A stretch of DNA of 64,000 nt from Eledone cirrhosa (taxonomy: Eukaryota), in NCBI GenBank assembly GCA_964016885.1, contig OZ024741.1, positions 205,592,001-205,656,000 of the forward strand, in the 5' to 3' direction. A program made the position numbers and the translations under genes. Shown here piece by piece: positions 51,831-63,681 of this stretch. Under the pieces are notes generated by a model. That model was not told the origin of the DNA. It searched no databases and saw nothing but the letters and a program-made list of their open reading frames with translations. Numbering within the stretch: position 1 is the first letter of the stretch; every line of letters begins with the position of its first letter.

Positions 51831-52013
51831 TTTTTTTTTTTTTTTTTTTTTTTTTATTGTGCAATGGCCATACTCGATAACGAGGGGGCAGCCATCATGT
51901 ATGTATGTATGTATGTATGTATGCATGTATGTATGTATGTATGTATGTATGTATGCATGTATGTATGTATGCATGTATGTATGTATGCATGTATGTATGC
52001 ATGTATGTATGTA
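47501..52013 (+). mobile_element. Full-length RTE-clade LINE with (ATGT)n tail
   Basis: 5' UTR, single ORF, microsatellite-expanded 3' UTR, terminal ggccatactcgataacgagggggcagccatc + (atgt)n. Confidence 0.88.
47883..51428 (+). CDS. RTE LINE polyprotein: APE endonuclease, RT and three C2H2 zinc fingers (1181 aa, uninterrupted)
   Basis: GCWNVRTL, ALSETR, YAPT, LGDFNARVG, TDHRLV, NYRGISLL, FVDLTKAFDTV, GVKQG, LYADD, YLGS, LRWSGH; CSVC..HLRSH, CQTC..HAKVH, CRLC..HIRSQH. Confidence 0.97.
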   Translation: MMFQNNVNEIIANLGSGTKKIIGNKGRGPKLSQPGPARHRAIVIEPNRAFSLGCWNVRTLLDRDSLERPERRTALVAKELRRYDLDIVALSETRLAGDGHLTEFCGEYTFFWKGRDEGTRREAGVGFAVKTVLVNKLEEFPVGISERLMSMRVPLDKGRYATLVSVYAPTMNSVDEEKLSFYHALKGVLRNIPQADKVIVLGDFNARVGRDFNTWNVIGRHGVGKCNSNGMLLLQMCEELDLCVTNTMFQQKNKFKTTWMHPASKEWHLLDYVLVRMRDRQDVQCVRVLRGAECWTDHRLVRAKVNLITKRKIRAPGVTLPKRLNAARLKDKNVKRTLEEEMQAADLGEDWPTLKKSVYDVGRRVLGLVQRKHQDWFDEKDVHIDDLLADKRRALSRYLTAKPQERNTLHEELRDVKSRVRRSLSQMKDQWWSEKAGEIQTASDCNNTKLLYSLLREVYGPSSSLVTPIRSKDGKELLRDSQGILRRWREHFDDLLNQPSVVSEDFLNLIPESPVKVALAEPPTLVEVAVAISKLNSGRSPGMDGIHAELLQYGGERLLQHLHSLFGGIWANESVPEDWRDAVMVVLYKGKGNRNDCGNYRGISLLSVVGKVLCRVLLDRLLTHIADCVLPESQSGFRVGRGTTDMIFSARQLQEKCIEQGLDLYQVFVDLTKAFDTVNRDALWKVLQKLGCPDKFLALVRSFHDDMKAWVNVGGNMSEPISVKNGVKQGDIPAPTLFAIYFAMVFCIAFRNCEHGVYIRYRTSGSIFNIRRFAAKTKVFTSVIRDLLYADDCDLVAHTESDMQHILNVFSDACTALGLTVSLKKTVVMYQPAPGRQYTEPNIYVYGKRLGVVDQFVYLGSTVNRYGNLDSEISLRIRKASDAFGKLERRLWGRRDICRRTKVKVYRACVLSCLLYACETWVTYRRHLKQLERFHQMCLRRIHGVHWRDHISDVEILESSMCDSIEALVLKQRLRWSGHLARMKDSRIPKQLFYGELVKGKRPPHKPKKRYKDSLKASLKDANISADTWENIAADRNKWRKTVYEGKVAFEASRIAHEKVKRDVRKGIAVALPDGEGPPMFLTCSVCARLCLSKAGLESHLRSHKVRPVVDYQAAVGDATHHACQTCGRECKSAGGLKRHAKVHELQPQPTIPSKCFGCRLCARHFRSLAGLKSHIRSQHC

Positions 52014-52115
52014 AGATCATTCCCCCTCTCTATAATTTAACTGCTTTATTCTCTCTGTCGCTCTTCACTCTCTATATGACAACACTGTTTTAGTTTCCGT
52101 ATCTCCCTTCAATAT

Positions 52116-52203
<88 letters not shown>

Positions 52204-52900
52204 GGAAAACTACACACACACATCTACAGAGAGAGACAGAAAAGCAGAGGGAGGTGAAAAGAGAGAGATAGGCCGTTAGACAGAGAGAGATACAATTAAA
52301 GTGTTAGTTATTCAGAGAGAGAAAGAGAGAGAGAGAGAGAGACAGAGTCGGAAGGACAATGTGACACGGGAGGGTGTGTGGTATCTTTGCAGTGGAGTGG
52401 TGGGGGCAGGTATACCTAGCCGCGCGCCAGCCGGACGGGCTTGCTAGTTATATATATTTATAAGACAAAATGTATCGTATCTTCTATTAAAAATATCTTT
52501 TGACGTCATGTGCAAATGATGTCAAAATATTTTTTATTTCCTTAAATGTACATGCTTTATAAAGAAGAATATCAGGGGTTTTCGCTTTCAAAATTTATTT
52601 TTCATTTTCTATTGATCCTGACAGAAAAACAGTCCGAAACGTCAATATCTTCCTTTACTATCCTTCATAGCAGAATTACATTGGCTTTGAGGCCTTGTTC
52701 ATTTTTTTCCGCCTTCTTTGCTCATATTTTAATCTGGATATGAAATTATCACGCTGACGCAGACTAAACTTGAATTACTGATACTGGAGTGGCTATACTC
52801 GATTTGACTGTTTTTTTCTAACACGTCGAGCGACCACGTAGATTTTCCACCATCGGTTAACTGACCGTACTATTGATGCTCGACGTACGAGAGCAGAGAG

Positions 52901-52997
<97 letters not shown>

Positions 52998-53550
52998 GAG
53001 AGGGGAGACAGAGATGGTGTGGTGGGAGAAGAAAAAATGTAGTGTAGGATGAGATGGTGTCAGTGTTATTAGACACAGATATCAACACATTCTACCATTA
53101 GCACTATCATTCTACCATTAGCGCCATCATCACTATCATCGTTCATACCAACAAATACCATCACAGACGGGACGCAGTTGCCGTTCAACCTGCTAGAATT
53201 ATCAACCAATTCACCCACAAACCACACCCTATTGTTTTAGAAGAAAGCATATAGGAAAAAGACAGGCTGGTCAAGGCTGGAATGAGTGTTGGATCAGGAC
53301 TCATATGGTGTTAACAACTACACCATTTACGATCCAGCAGGGGAGCCTCAAAATGGTCACCCGGCTTGCTAGAAATAACAACCAAATTTCACTAAAAATG
53401 TACTCTACCCTCTTAACTTTTAACATCCTGTAATGATTTAGCAGAAAATATTTTTATAAAGTTTTGTTAATTCAAATATTTATAGTACTGTTACTATTAG
53501 ACAGATCGTTTTGAAAATTTGAAATAAACTAAAGACTCAAATTTTAAAGA

Positions 53551-53766
53551 TTTCTATTATAGGCACAAGGCCAGCAATTTTTGGGGGAGGTGGGAAAGTC
53601 GATTACATCGACCCCAGTACTTACTGGTGCTTTATTTTACCGATCCCGTAAGGATGAAAGACAAAGCTAATCTCCGCGGGATTTGAACTCAGAACGTAAA
53701 GGGCCGTAACTCTATGCTGCAAAGCATGATGTTCGACGCTTTACCGATAGTGCTAATCCACCGCCC
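53551..53766 (-). mobile_element. tRNA-derived SINE
   Basis: Reverse complement of the ggcggtggatt...gagttcaaatccc...gctggccttgtgcc family. Confidence 0.88.
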
Positions 53767-53960
53767 TAAAGACTTAAATTTTAATGCAATGCTGTGACAA
53801 TGTTGTTTAGTACTTATTTTTCAAGAAAGTCTTGCCTATGTAGTTACATGCGCTACAGGACATTAAGAGTTAAACAAGAAGAAGTTGGAAAATATACTTA
53901 TAACTCTTTATATTTATACCATCTCTCAATTATTACTGTCATTATTATTATTACCTCTAG

Positions 53961-54310
53961 GGCGGTGGATTGGCAGTATCGGTAGAGGGTCGGACACCAT
54001 GCTTTGACGCATAGAGTTACGGCCCTTGCCATTCTGTGTTCAAATCCCGCCGAGGTTAACTTTGCCTTTCATCCTTACGGGGTCGATAAAATAAAGTACC
54101 AGTAATACACTGGGTATTTGCTGGCCTTGTGCCAATAGTAGAAACAATTATTATTACCTCTGCTGTGGATTTGGGCGGTGAATTGGCAGTATCGGTAGAG
54201 GGTCGGACGCCATGTTTTCCAGCATAGTTACGTCCCTTTACGGTCTGAGTTCAAATCCCGTCGAGGTTAACTTTGCCTTTCATCCTTACGGGGTCGATAA
54301 AATAAAAAAA
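53961..54310 (+). mobile_element. Two tandem tRNA-derived SINEs (53961-54156 full, 54174-54310 3'-truncated)
   Basis: A and B boxes and core identical in layout to the 15625 copy. Confidence 0.9.
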
Positions 54311-54589
54311 ATCCTAAAATAAATATAATCTCTAATATATTTATATTAGACTAGATGAACATGTCTGGAAAGCCGTAGTCGGCTCGATTAGAGGTGACCT
54401 AAAGCTAAAAAAAAAAAAAAATCATACCATCGTCTCTGTGTATATATATAGGCACCCGTTTACGTATGTTGTATTGAAGCGAATAACTATGTGTATACTC
54501 TGGGAATGTATCCTACATTACCTATTGAGTACGCTGAAATACAACCGGTCCTGGCATTGATAAATATGCTAGGTCCGTCAACTCCTGAT

Positions 54590-54623
<34 letters not shown>

Positions 54624-54725
54624 AAATTGAGGTTGGTAATGGCACATGGAATATATAAGAGACAGAATACTTTTTTGTGAAAAAACATATAATTTTATAA
54701 GGTAAGGAAATAATAAAGGGTATAA

Positions 54726-54773
54726 AAAATGACCGGTTTCGATGGGTCTGCAAAAGCCATCTTTTCAAATGTT
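54726..54773 (-). ncRNA. Minimal hammerhead, U3:A8 variant (mirror of 56104-56151)
   Basis: Exact reverse complement of the right-arm motif. Confidence 0.7.
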
Positions 54774-55135
54774 GATTAATATTAAGAAAAATTAATAATA
54801 CGAAGAGTTAAAATTTGAGATTTGAAAATTCAAGTATAAAATTCATTGTGGGATTTCATAGTAGTTTTCATCTTGGTAGCAACAACAGTTGACTGCTGTG
54901 TACCTTTCTGGTAGTGAATGAGAAGTTATTTGGGGGTGTGGGTTATTTTATAAAGGTCAGATTTAGCAATGGCCAGCTGGCCAGCTGCTGGTCAGTGAGG
55001 GGGTGGAAGCAATATACATACATATATCTTCCTGTGGTTGGTAGGAGAGGGAAGCGTGATAGAAAGGGATTTAGTGCACTTACACCTATATATACACACA
55101 TACCTTCATCCACACATACATACATATACATACAC

Positions 55136-55184
<49 letters not shown>

Positions 55185-55279
55185 CACACATGCATACACA
55201 CACACATACATATACATACACACATACACACACACACACATATATACACATACACACACACACACACATTTATATATAT

Positions 55280-55320
<41 letters not shown>

Positions 55321-56103
55321 TATGTGTATGTATGTATATATATATATGTTTGGAGGCCATTTCTCTGTGTGTGGGTGTATGTATGTGTATATGTGTGTGT
55401 GTGTGTATGTGTGTGCATGTGGATGTATGTATTGTGTGTGCGTGTGTGTGTGTATGTATGTGTGTATCTGGATGTATGCGTATGTGTATATATATATGTG
55501 TGTGTGTGTGTGTGTATATATATGCGTGTGTATGTGTATATATGTGTGTGTGTGTGTGTTTGTATGCGTGTATGTATATATATGTGTGTGTGTGTATGTG
55601 TGGGTGTGTGTATATATATATATATATATGTGTATATATATAAATGTGTGTGTGTGTATGTATGTGTGTATCTGGACGTATGTGTATGTATATATATGTG
55701 TGTGTGTGTATATATATATGTGTGTGTATGTGTATATATGTGTGTGTGTGTGTATGTGTGTATGTGTGGATGAAGGTATGTGTGTATATATAGGTGTAAG
55801 TGCACTAAATCCCTTTCTATCACGCTCCCCTCTCCTACCAACCACAGGAAGATATATGTATGTATATTGCTTCCACCCCCTCACTGACCAGCAGCTGGCC
55901 AGCTGGCCATTGCTAAATCTGACCTTTATAAAATAACCCACACCCCCAAATAACTTCTCATTCACTACCAGAAAGGCACACAGCAGTCAACTTGTTGCTA
56001 CCAAGATGAAAACTACTATGAAATCCCACAATGAATTTTATACTTGAATTTTCAAATCTCAAATTTTAACTCTTCGTATTATTAATTTTTCTTAATATTA
56101 ATC

Positions 56104-56151
56104 AACATTTGAAAAGATGGCTTTTGCAGACCCATCGAAACCGGTCATTTT
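56104..56151 (+). ncRNA. Minimal hammerhead, U3:A8 variant with palindromic CCGG stem III
   Basis: aacat-TTGAAAA-gatgg(cttttgcagac)ccatc-GAAA-ccgg-TC-atttt. GUC triplet; stem I is weak. Confidence 0.7.
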
Positions 56152-56569
56152 TTATACCCTTTATTATTTCCTTACCTTATAAAATTATATGTTTTTTCAC
56201 AAAAAAGTATTCTGTCTCTTATATATTCCATGTGCCATTACCAACCTCAATTTTCTCTATAACCTTCGTTTTGTGTAGAAAATTACACTTTTCATATATA
56301 TATATATATATATAATTGGAAATCAGTAAAATCGAATCTCTGGCGGTTTGCAAGTAAATTCGGCCTACTTATATGAAATGATGAGTTAGCAAAGCACTCG
56401 ATAAGATAGGACCTCAGAGTAATAACATACGTTTAAATAGCTTGAGAAATCGAACATTGTGGTAGGCGAAACCAACACACAATATATACCAAAGCAACGA
56501 TAGAACTAATCAGGTTGAGATATATATATCACACCATGACTGCGACAATAGTAACTGCTGCATTGCTTC

Positions 56570-56574
56570 TTTTG

Positions 56575-56613
<39 letters not shown>

Positions 56614-56632
56614 ATACTGCTGCTGCTGCTGT

Positions 56633-56682
<50 letters not shown>

Positions 56683-56726
56683 GTAGTAGTAGTAGTACTG
56701 CTACAGTTGCTGCTACTGCTACTGAT
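56570..56726. repeat. (CTA)n/(CTG)n/(TAG)n trinucleotide microsatellite
   Basis: Read directly. Confidence 0.9.
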
Positions 56727-56839
56727 GTTGCACTCAGCGTTTGTCTCCGGTTTTTCATCTCAATTCTCAAAGGAGTAAAATAATCTTCATTTCTATTGAT
56801 TTCAAACTTTAATTTTTTAATATTATTCCGGCTCATGTC

Positions 56840-57162
56840 GTGACTTCGATTCCCGGCGGAGTGCTGTCTTCCTAAGCAAGACACTTTATTTCATGTTGTT
56901 CCAGTTAACTCAGCTAGCAAAAATGAGCTGTATCTGTGTCACGCTAACTCTCACTGAGAATTACGTTAAGGTTACACGTGTCTGTGGAATGCTCAGCCAC
57001 TTGTACGTTAATGTCATTTCATTAGCTGGTTTCAAATCACACCAAGGTAAACTTTGCCTTTCATCCTTTCGATGGTCGGTAAAATAAAGTACTAGTAAAG
57101 TACTGGAGTTGGCTTTGCTCCGCCCTTGAATTGCTGGCCTTGTGCCTAAATCTGGAAACATT
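56840..57162 (+). mobile_element. Composite SINE fragments
   Basis: ttcgattccc B-box-like, agcaagacacttt, then ctttgcctttcatcc...gctggccttgtgcctaaa tail of the 15625 family. Confidence 0.65.
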
Positions 57163-57617
57163 ACTGTTGATAGTAATGATAGTGTTGATGGTGGAGATGA
57201 CTGATGAATGATGGCGGTGGTGGAGTTGACGTTGGAGTGATGGTAGCAGTAGTAGGGGAGGTGGTTGTGGTGATGGTAGTGGGTGCTGGTAGCTGTAATG
57301 ATGGCTGTGGAGTTGATATTGGACTGATTGACGTTGTGTCATGTTGTGATAGTGGTGATGGTAGTGGGTGGTGGGTGGTGGTTGTGGTGGAGGTAGTGAT
57401 GTTGATAGCGGTAAGATAAATGATGGACCAGTTAAAGATGGTGGTGATCTTAATAGTTGAGTCATGATGGTTACGTCAGTGGCGGTGGCGGCGGAGATGG
57501 TGAGTAATCACTGTAGCGGCAACGATACGCATGCTGATAGCGGTAATAATAGTGGAGGAGGTTCTGATGGTGAAGGGAGGATAACTTTGGTGCTGCTGGC
57601 GGCGTCGGCAACATATG

Positions 57618-57932
57618 GAATTTCTATAGGAGATTGGTGATGGTGATGGCGTTGGTGTAGTTTAGATCTAGGCCAGCCCTGATCGAGCGTATGGCAGAAT
57701 TTCTATAGGAGGTTAGTGGTGGTGATGGCGTTGGTGTAGCTTGGTTCCAGACCAGCCCTGATCGAGCATATAGCAGAATTTCTGTAAGAGATTGGAGGTA
57801 CTGATGACATTGTACTAATGTAGTTTGGATCCAGGAGAGCCGTGATCGAGTATGTGGTGGAATTTCCGTGAGAGATTTGTGGTGGTGATGGCATTGGTGT
57901 AGTTTGGATCCAGGTCAGCCCTGGTCGAGCAT
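57618..57932. repeat. ~79-bp minisatellite, four diverged copies
   Basis: gaatttc...ccctgatcgagc unit starting at 57618, 57697, 57776 and 57860. Confidence 0.85.
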
Positions 57933-58054
57933 AATCTATGATCAAAGGTGTTCCAGGTATAATCATTCCATCTTTTATTTATACAGCGTATCTAGGACTA
58001 TATTATCCAACTTTATTTTTCAAATACGGTAGAGTATGGTTTGACGGAGGTTTA

Positions 58055-58315
58055 GTTACCAATTCTAGCGACGAATTAGTCAATTTGTTAGTGTGGAAGG
58101 CCAAATGCCTTGCAGGATTCATTTCGGTTCTCTACGCCTCGAGTTAAAATCCTGCAGAAGTCAACTTTGCCATTCATCCTTTCGGGGTCTATAAAAAAAA
58201 TCTCCCAGTCTAGGCTGGTGGATTGGCAGAATTGTTAGAGCGTTGGACGAGATGCATTGCACTATTTGTTCCTGATGTTTACGTTCTGAGTCCAAATCCT
58301 GCTGTGGTCTACTTG
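58055..58315 (+). mobile_element. Two degenerate SINE heads
   Basis: gagttaaaatcc...ctttgccattcatcc, and ggtggattggcagaattgttag...gagtccaaatcc. Confidence 0.6.
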
Positions 58316-59657
58316 GTTAGTAGACTTTATCAGTAGCTCGGTTTAAGACCATCACCTAGCTTTTGGGTGTCTTTAGTGGAGTCCACCCTGCTGCAAGTAA
58401 TTGAGCCATGTCTTTTGTTTGAGGATACTTTACGCCCGGCTTCTCCTCCTTCCACCAGTCTTGGAGAGCCCTGAACAAAGTGATGGTACTTGCCTCTCCC
58501 TCTATGAAAAAAAACCCAAAAAACTTCTGGTAGATAATATTAATCTCAATCCTATGGAATGAACCTCCGTAGATTTCGACAATAAGTGTTCCAGCTGTTT
58601 GATTAAGAGAACAGTGTGCTCTTGAAATAACGTGTATCCTTGACATAGTTCCCAGCGAGATTCAGCATGACTGTGTGTGACAAGACAGGCCCTTTGAATT
58701 AGAAGTATAGTCCATCCGATAGACTTCCTAACAGTTTCCACTTTCCAATTTCACTTACATAGCATGGGTCGACATGGGTCTATGGTAAATGACACTTGCT
58801 TAAGAAACCACGTAATAGGATTGAACCCTGATTCTAATGATTGCAAAGCGAACTTCTTAACCATTTGGCCATGCTGTGTCCACTGGTAGCTCCTATATGA
58901 CTGTTAGGAACAGTGGTGCACAGGCTAACTTAAAGGAGAAAAATGCACCCTGCATTTTCTCCAATTGTGCGAATCCTACTCTGAATCTCCTGGTTACGAA
59001 TTGGGCTAACGCTTACAAAGAACCTCCAACACCATTTGAAACTGTACAGAAAATATTTAATATCTTCACCTGAAATCCTTAGTTTTGGGAGGTACTAAAA
59101 GAACACCACCTTCCTCTGTCTCACTGCATACAAAATTAAATATAAGCTGATCAGTGAGAATACTTAAATGGTCTTTGTATAATGTGAGAATTATGATGAA
59201 ATTATATTAGATTTCGCGCTATAAAACGACATTGTAATTATATTTAACATGGCAATTTGTCATCCACGTTTTCCATCCTCACAGCCAGTATATTGTTACT
59301 ATGAGAATCACTATACTAAGGTGTAATACAATATAATATAGTATGTATAGGCCCGTAATTCCCGATGGAAACCGTAGGGGACGCTGTTTTGGGGACATTA
59401 AACCTAGCAGAGCCCATCCCCACTTCAAGTCAGAAAACAACCGATTCCTTCAGGAGGTGGAGGGGAGAGAGAGAGAGGGGGGGGGGAGAGGTGGATGGAG
59501 GTGAGAAAGAGATATAAAGGAAGAATCCACCCCAGTACTGAGCTGGTATTTTATTTGAATTCAGAGAGATCAGAGAACCGGAACGAATAACGCAAAGCAC
59601 TCTCCGACGTTCTAATAAATTATAGTATAGTATTGTATAGTATGGTATAGTGTAGAG

Positions 59658-59824
59658 CAGGGTTTTCCAAACTTTTTCAAACGCGAAACCCTTTTTGGTT
59701 CAGAAACTTTTGGGGGACCCTCAAAGTCTAATATTGTTATATGGTCGTAATATAAATACACTCCTCTACCTTTTTTCATGGAACCCCAGACACTCCTTTG
59801 TGGAACCCACTTTGGGAACCATTG
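59658..59824. mobile_element. hAT (Charlie-like) MITE, 167 bp
   Basis: Imperfect TIR cagggttttccaaa / tttgggaaccattg; TSD gtgtagag / gtatagag. Confidence 0.8.
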
Positions 59825-60581
59825 GTATAGAGGAAGAAAGGAAAGAATACCCTTCGTTCATGAATGGCCATAGGTTCGCATCTATGTCTGACTGGCTATG
59901 GATTTACCTTCCGAGGCACAACTCTGGGATGGATGCTCTGTGGAAGACCAACTGTTATCTATGCACACCGGTCTCCTCTCTACATGACACCGATGTTGTC
60001 CAAAGTAACTTAGCACCAGTGTCGTTGCAACTAATTTTTTCAGTTTAGTGGATTGGAGTAATGTGAAATAAAGTGTCTTGCTCAAGGCGAACTCAGCACC
60101 CTAACTGCTAAACCATGCGTCTTCAATATAATATAATATAATATGATATAATATAATATGATATAATATAATATGATATAATATAATTTCGACTCAATTG
60201 TGTGGTGTTTTGAGCAAATGTATTTCACTATGGTCTCGGCTCAATCCAAACATTCTTGGTGAAATTAGGTAGATGGAAACTGTGTGGAATCCTGTCAACA
60301 AGATTGCATTTGTAATACAAATATCCAGCATTGTCACACATTGTCACACTTATTCTGTTTGAAGATTATCTTTAGGATACACGCCTGTGGAATACTTTCC
60401 GAAACATCAACGCAGATTCATTCACTAATATATTGTATGTTAAATCTAATTCTAATTCTTAATATATTTCAGGTTATCTCTATTACTTGTTGTATTCTAA
60501 ACACGCATTGAAGGAGCTTTTGTCTATCAATTGCATGGATAATCTCATCCATGAACCTTATATTGCACAGGTTAGTCTAAA

Positions 60582-61997
60582 CAGGTTAGTTCTCAACCCA
60601 TTTAGGCCAAACGCCCCCTTTTGTCCCTCGAAATCACGAAACGCCCCTACCCTATTTTTCCATTTTTCAATATACTACTGATTTTGATATCAGTCGATTA
60701 CTAAAAAATTAATTAACAATATTCCAAAGACACCATTGCAGGCAGCTGAGAGTATAAATACATTCCTTGAAAGAAAATATATAAATTTCAAAAAGAGGAA
60801 CATAAATGTTCTTTTTTATGAAGAAGGACCAGTTGAGTTTGTTATATTCCCACCTGATGATACCAGCTATTTTGAACATTTATACAAGAGCAACTCATCC
60901 AGTCCAGTCAGATTGCAACTACAAATAAAAAAATTGTTAGTTTGCTTTGTAAAAATAGCATATCCAAGTTTTCGGATAAATCAAATTACTTTAACTTTGA
61001 CCTCATTTCAATTGGACCCTTGAGCTTAATGGAGTCTAGCTAACTCTTTGACGTGAGGCTGAATTTTCGTAAGATGTAGCCAGAGATCTCCACGTGTAAT
61101 TACATTGTAGCGGTTGCGAGACTTACTGTGCAGTCTGGAAACAGCACCAAACCTCCTCTTGACTAAGTATGAGCTTGGAAAAGGCAGAGAAAATCTCTTA
61201 GCCTCTGCATGTAGGAGTGGAAATCGACGCTAAATTTCCTCTTGCATCCAAAAAAGGGTTTACCTATTTTGGGAAATCTAATTTTGATCATGTCATCTGT
61301 TTGAATTTCAATAAATTCTTCCTGAAATTTAACGTCCAAATCGTCGACGGTAGCTATGAAAGGATCTGCTATCCACATTGGCATGTCCATCGGCAAAAGG
61401 TCAACAAATGATGTTGTCTTGTAGCGCACAGAGGTGAGCGGTATAAATTTGGAGTTGGTCATCGCTTACAATGTTTTGAACATTGGCGACACTAGGACAA
61501 TAATAGAATTCCTGTCGACAAAGATTCCTTTCGATGACATTCAATTTGGCCAGGAATGTTTTCCCAGCATTCCTTGTTTAAGCAAGGTGATCTTCCCCTG
61601 CAAAGCCAAAATGACGCTATTGCATTTGTAGAAGATGTCGGTGAGGTAGGCTCTGTCTTGCTTCACATCAGTTCAAAGAAGTGAGTAAGGCACTTGCCCT
61701 TTGAAAGCCACCTCACTTCAGTATGAAGGAGCAGCTTGATGAATTCTTCGTCATTATCTTGGCTCAGTTGCCGGAAAATTCGTAAATTGAGGGAATGGCG
61801 TTTGATAAAATTGATGATTTCAATGGCCACCTGCAAGGACTTGCTCAGCGGCTTGCTGAGTTTCTTCGCAGCCAAGTGTTGTCAATGAATGACACAATGA
61901 ACAACAAATACAGATAGATTTTCTCTCTTCAGAAGAGTGACGAAAACGTTATGTTGGCCGACTATTGCTCTTGCGTCGTCCGTAGCACATGATACAA
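60582..61997 (-). pseudogene. hAT (Charlie/Buster-type) transposase remnant with one terminal end
   Basis: HCVIH region, IINFIKRHSLNLRIF...LLLHTEVRWLSKG, WIADPF...EEFIEIQTD; TIR-like cagg.tagttctcaacc near 60582. Multiple stops and frameshifts. Confidence 0.85.
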
Positions 61998-62520
61998 TGT
62001 GTGTTGTATGTGGTCCTAGATGTATGTATTACCTGCCTGCGTGTTGTATGTAGTCCTACATGTATGTACTACCTGCTCATGTATTGCATGTGGTCCGAGC
62101 TGTATGTATTACCTGATTATGTGTTGTATGTGGTCCTAGATGTTTGTATTATCTGATTTTGTGTTGTATGTGGTCCTAGATGTGTGTGCTACCTCCTTAT
62201 GTGTTGCATGTGGTCCTAGATGTATGTATTACCTGCTTATGTGTTGTATGTGGTCCTAGATGTATGTGCTACCTGCTTATGTGTTGTATGTGGTCCTAGA
62301 TGTATTACCTGCTTGTGTGTTGTATGTGGTCCTAGATGCATGTATTACCTGCTTATGTGTTGTATGTGGTCCTAGATGTATGTATTACCTGCTTGTGTGT
62401 TGTATGTGGTCCTAGATGCATATATTGCCTGCTTATGTGTTGTATGTGGTCCTAGATGTGTGTATTACCTGCTTATGTGTTGTATGTGGTCCTAGATGTG
62501 TGTGCTACCCGCTTCTATGT
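61998..62520. repeat. 40-bp minisatellite, ~13 copies
   Basis: Unit atgtgttgtatgtggtcctagatgtatgtattacctgctt. Confidence 0.95.
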
Positions 62521-62934
62521 TTTTTCTTTTCTTTTTTTTTATTTGTAATATTATTTATACAATAGGGAATAAAATAAATCTACATAGTGTTAACTTGTTA
62601 CGGTTGAGTCAATAATTTCAGACATGAAATACATTATTATCGGTGAAGGAAAGACGAGATTCTAACTGGCTGCACTCAGTGTCCTTGACCCAGTTGACTG
62701 TGGATTTTTCCAATTTTAGGATCTCAATTGCCGGTTTATGTCTAGACACGCCTGCTCACAGCTGCGTTCAGACCATAGTTATGCTGTCTTCATGCTCATT
62801 CAAATGCATTCACACTGGCTGTCTCAGAGACATACAAATATGGCTTATAAAACTTACCAAAGTATAGAGCAGGTAGGTAGGTAAATAGATAAACAGATAG
62901 AAAATGAAAGTGGGTTGGAGGTAAAAAGAGAGAG

Positions 62935-63005
<71 letters not shown>

Positions 63006-63194
63006 AGTAAAAGAATCTTCCGGATACATCAGATTCTTCATTTTACCGTTCGTGCTTAGTATATTAAGATTTCTAGGTGTTTCCACTCAATAATAACCTA
63101 CATATAACTGTCCATGGGTAAAAACCGATTCTCTCGTATTCAATCCTACAACTTTCAGTCTTTATTCCCGTCATAGCAAAACTGGTTCTAACAG

Positions 63195-63370
63195 TGTTAT
63201 AATACTTGTACGAAACGAGGGTAAAAGCCAAGGTATTCACCAGGCGTAATTCCGTACTACCAACGAGACTCCGTACACAAAGTCTACCTGACAGTTCACT
63301 TCAGTTCTTATTTATAGAGTTTCGTCCACTTTTAGTTATGTGGGGTTATTCAGAGTTTCCCCCAACAACA
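63195..63370 (-). mobile_element. Putative 3' LTR of a Gypsy element
   Basis: tgtt...aaca ends, preceded on the minus strand by polypurine tract aaaaggggaga (63371-63381). Confidence 0.6.
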
Positions 63371-63681
63371 TCTCCCCTTTTGAGATTCCTCTTCCTCGGG
63401 AGTGTGAATATATATGTATATATATTTTTTTCAGTTTTCCCCCAACATCTCCCTTTTTGAGAACTCCGCCCGGGGCTTAATATTTTTTACGCTTTGGATC
63501 CACTTCTAATAATTCCGTACGTTTCCTTTTCCTTGTAGATTCAACAATTTCTTTGGGGTTGGTACATCGAAAATATCATATAACACTTCCATTAGTTCTT
63601 CATTTCTCGTGACCCTTTCTTCAGCAAACCTTTTTTTTAAAAACTGATTTATATGTCTCTTATGTTCTCATTTCTGACCTG

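Larger units (their letters stand above)
46217..52447 (+). mobile_element. Possible tandem non-autonomous Helitron pieces interrupted by the RTE
   Basis: TC starts (a|tctataatagtataaagc near 46217, a|tctatacttt near 47239), ~100-bp direct repeat 46334-46436 / 52015-52117, GC-rich subterminal stretch + CTAG|T at 52444-52447. Confidence 0.45.
54619..56258. mobile_element. 1.64-kb fold-back element: ~500-bp near-identical inverted arms around a polarity-switching CA/TA/TG core
   Basis: 54619-~55120 is the reverse complement of ~55755-56258 with very few differences. (TA)n flanks. Confidence 0.93.

Noticed and set aside
54914-55965. Paired 340-aa and 231-aa ORFs with identical N-termini on opposite strands
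   Set aside because: A consequence of the inverted repeat plus microsatellite read-through.
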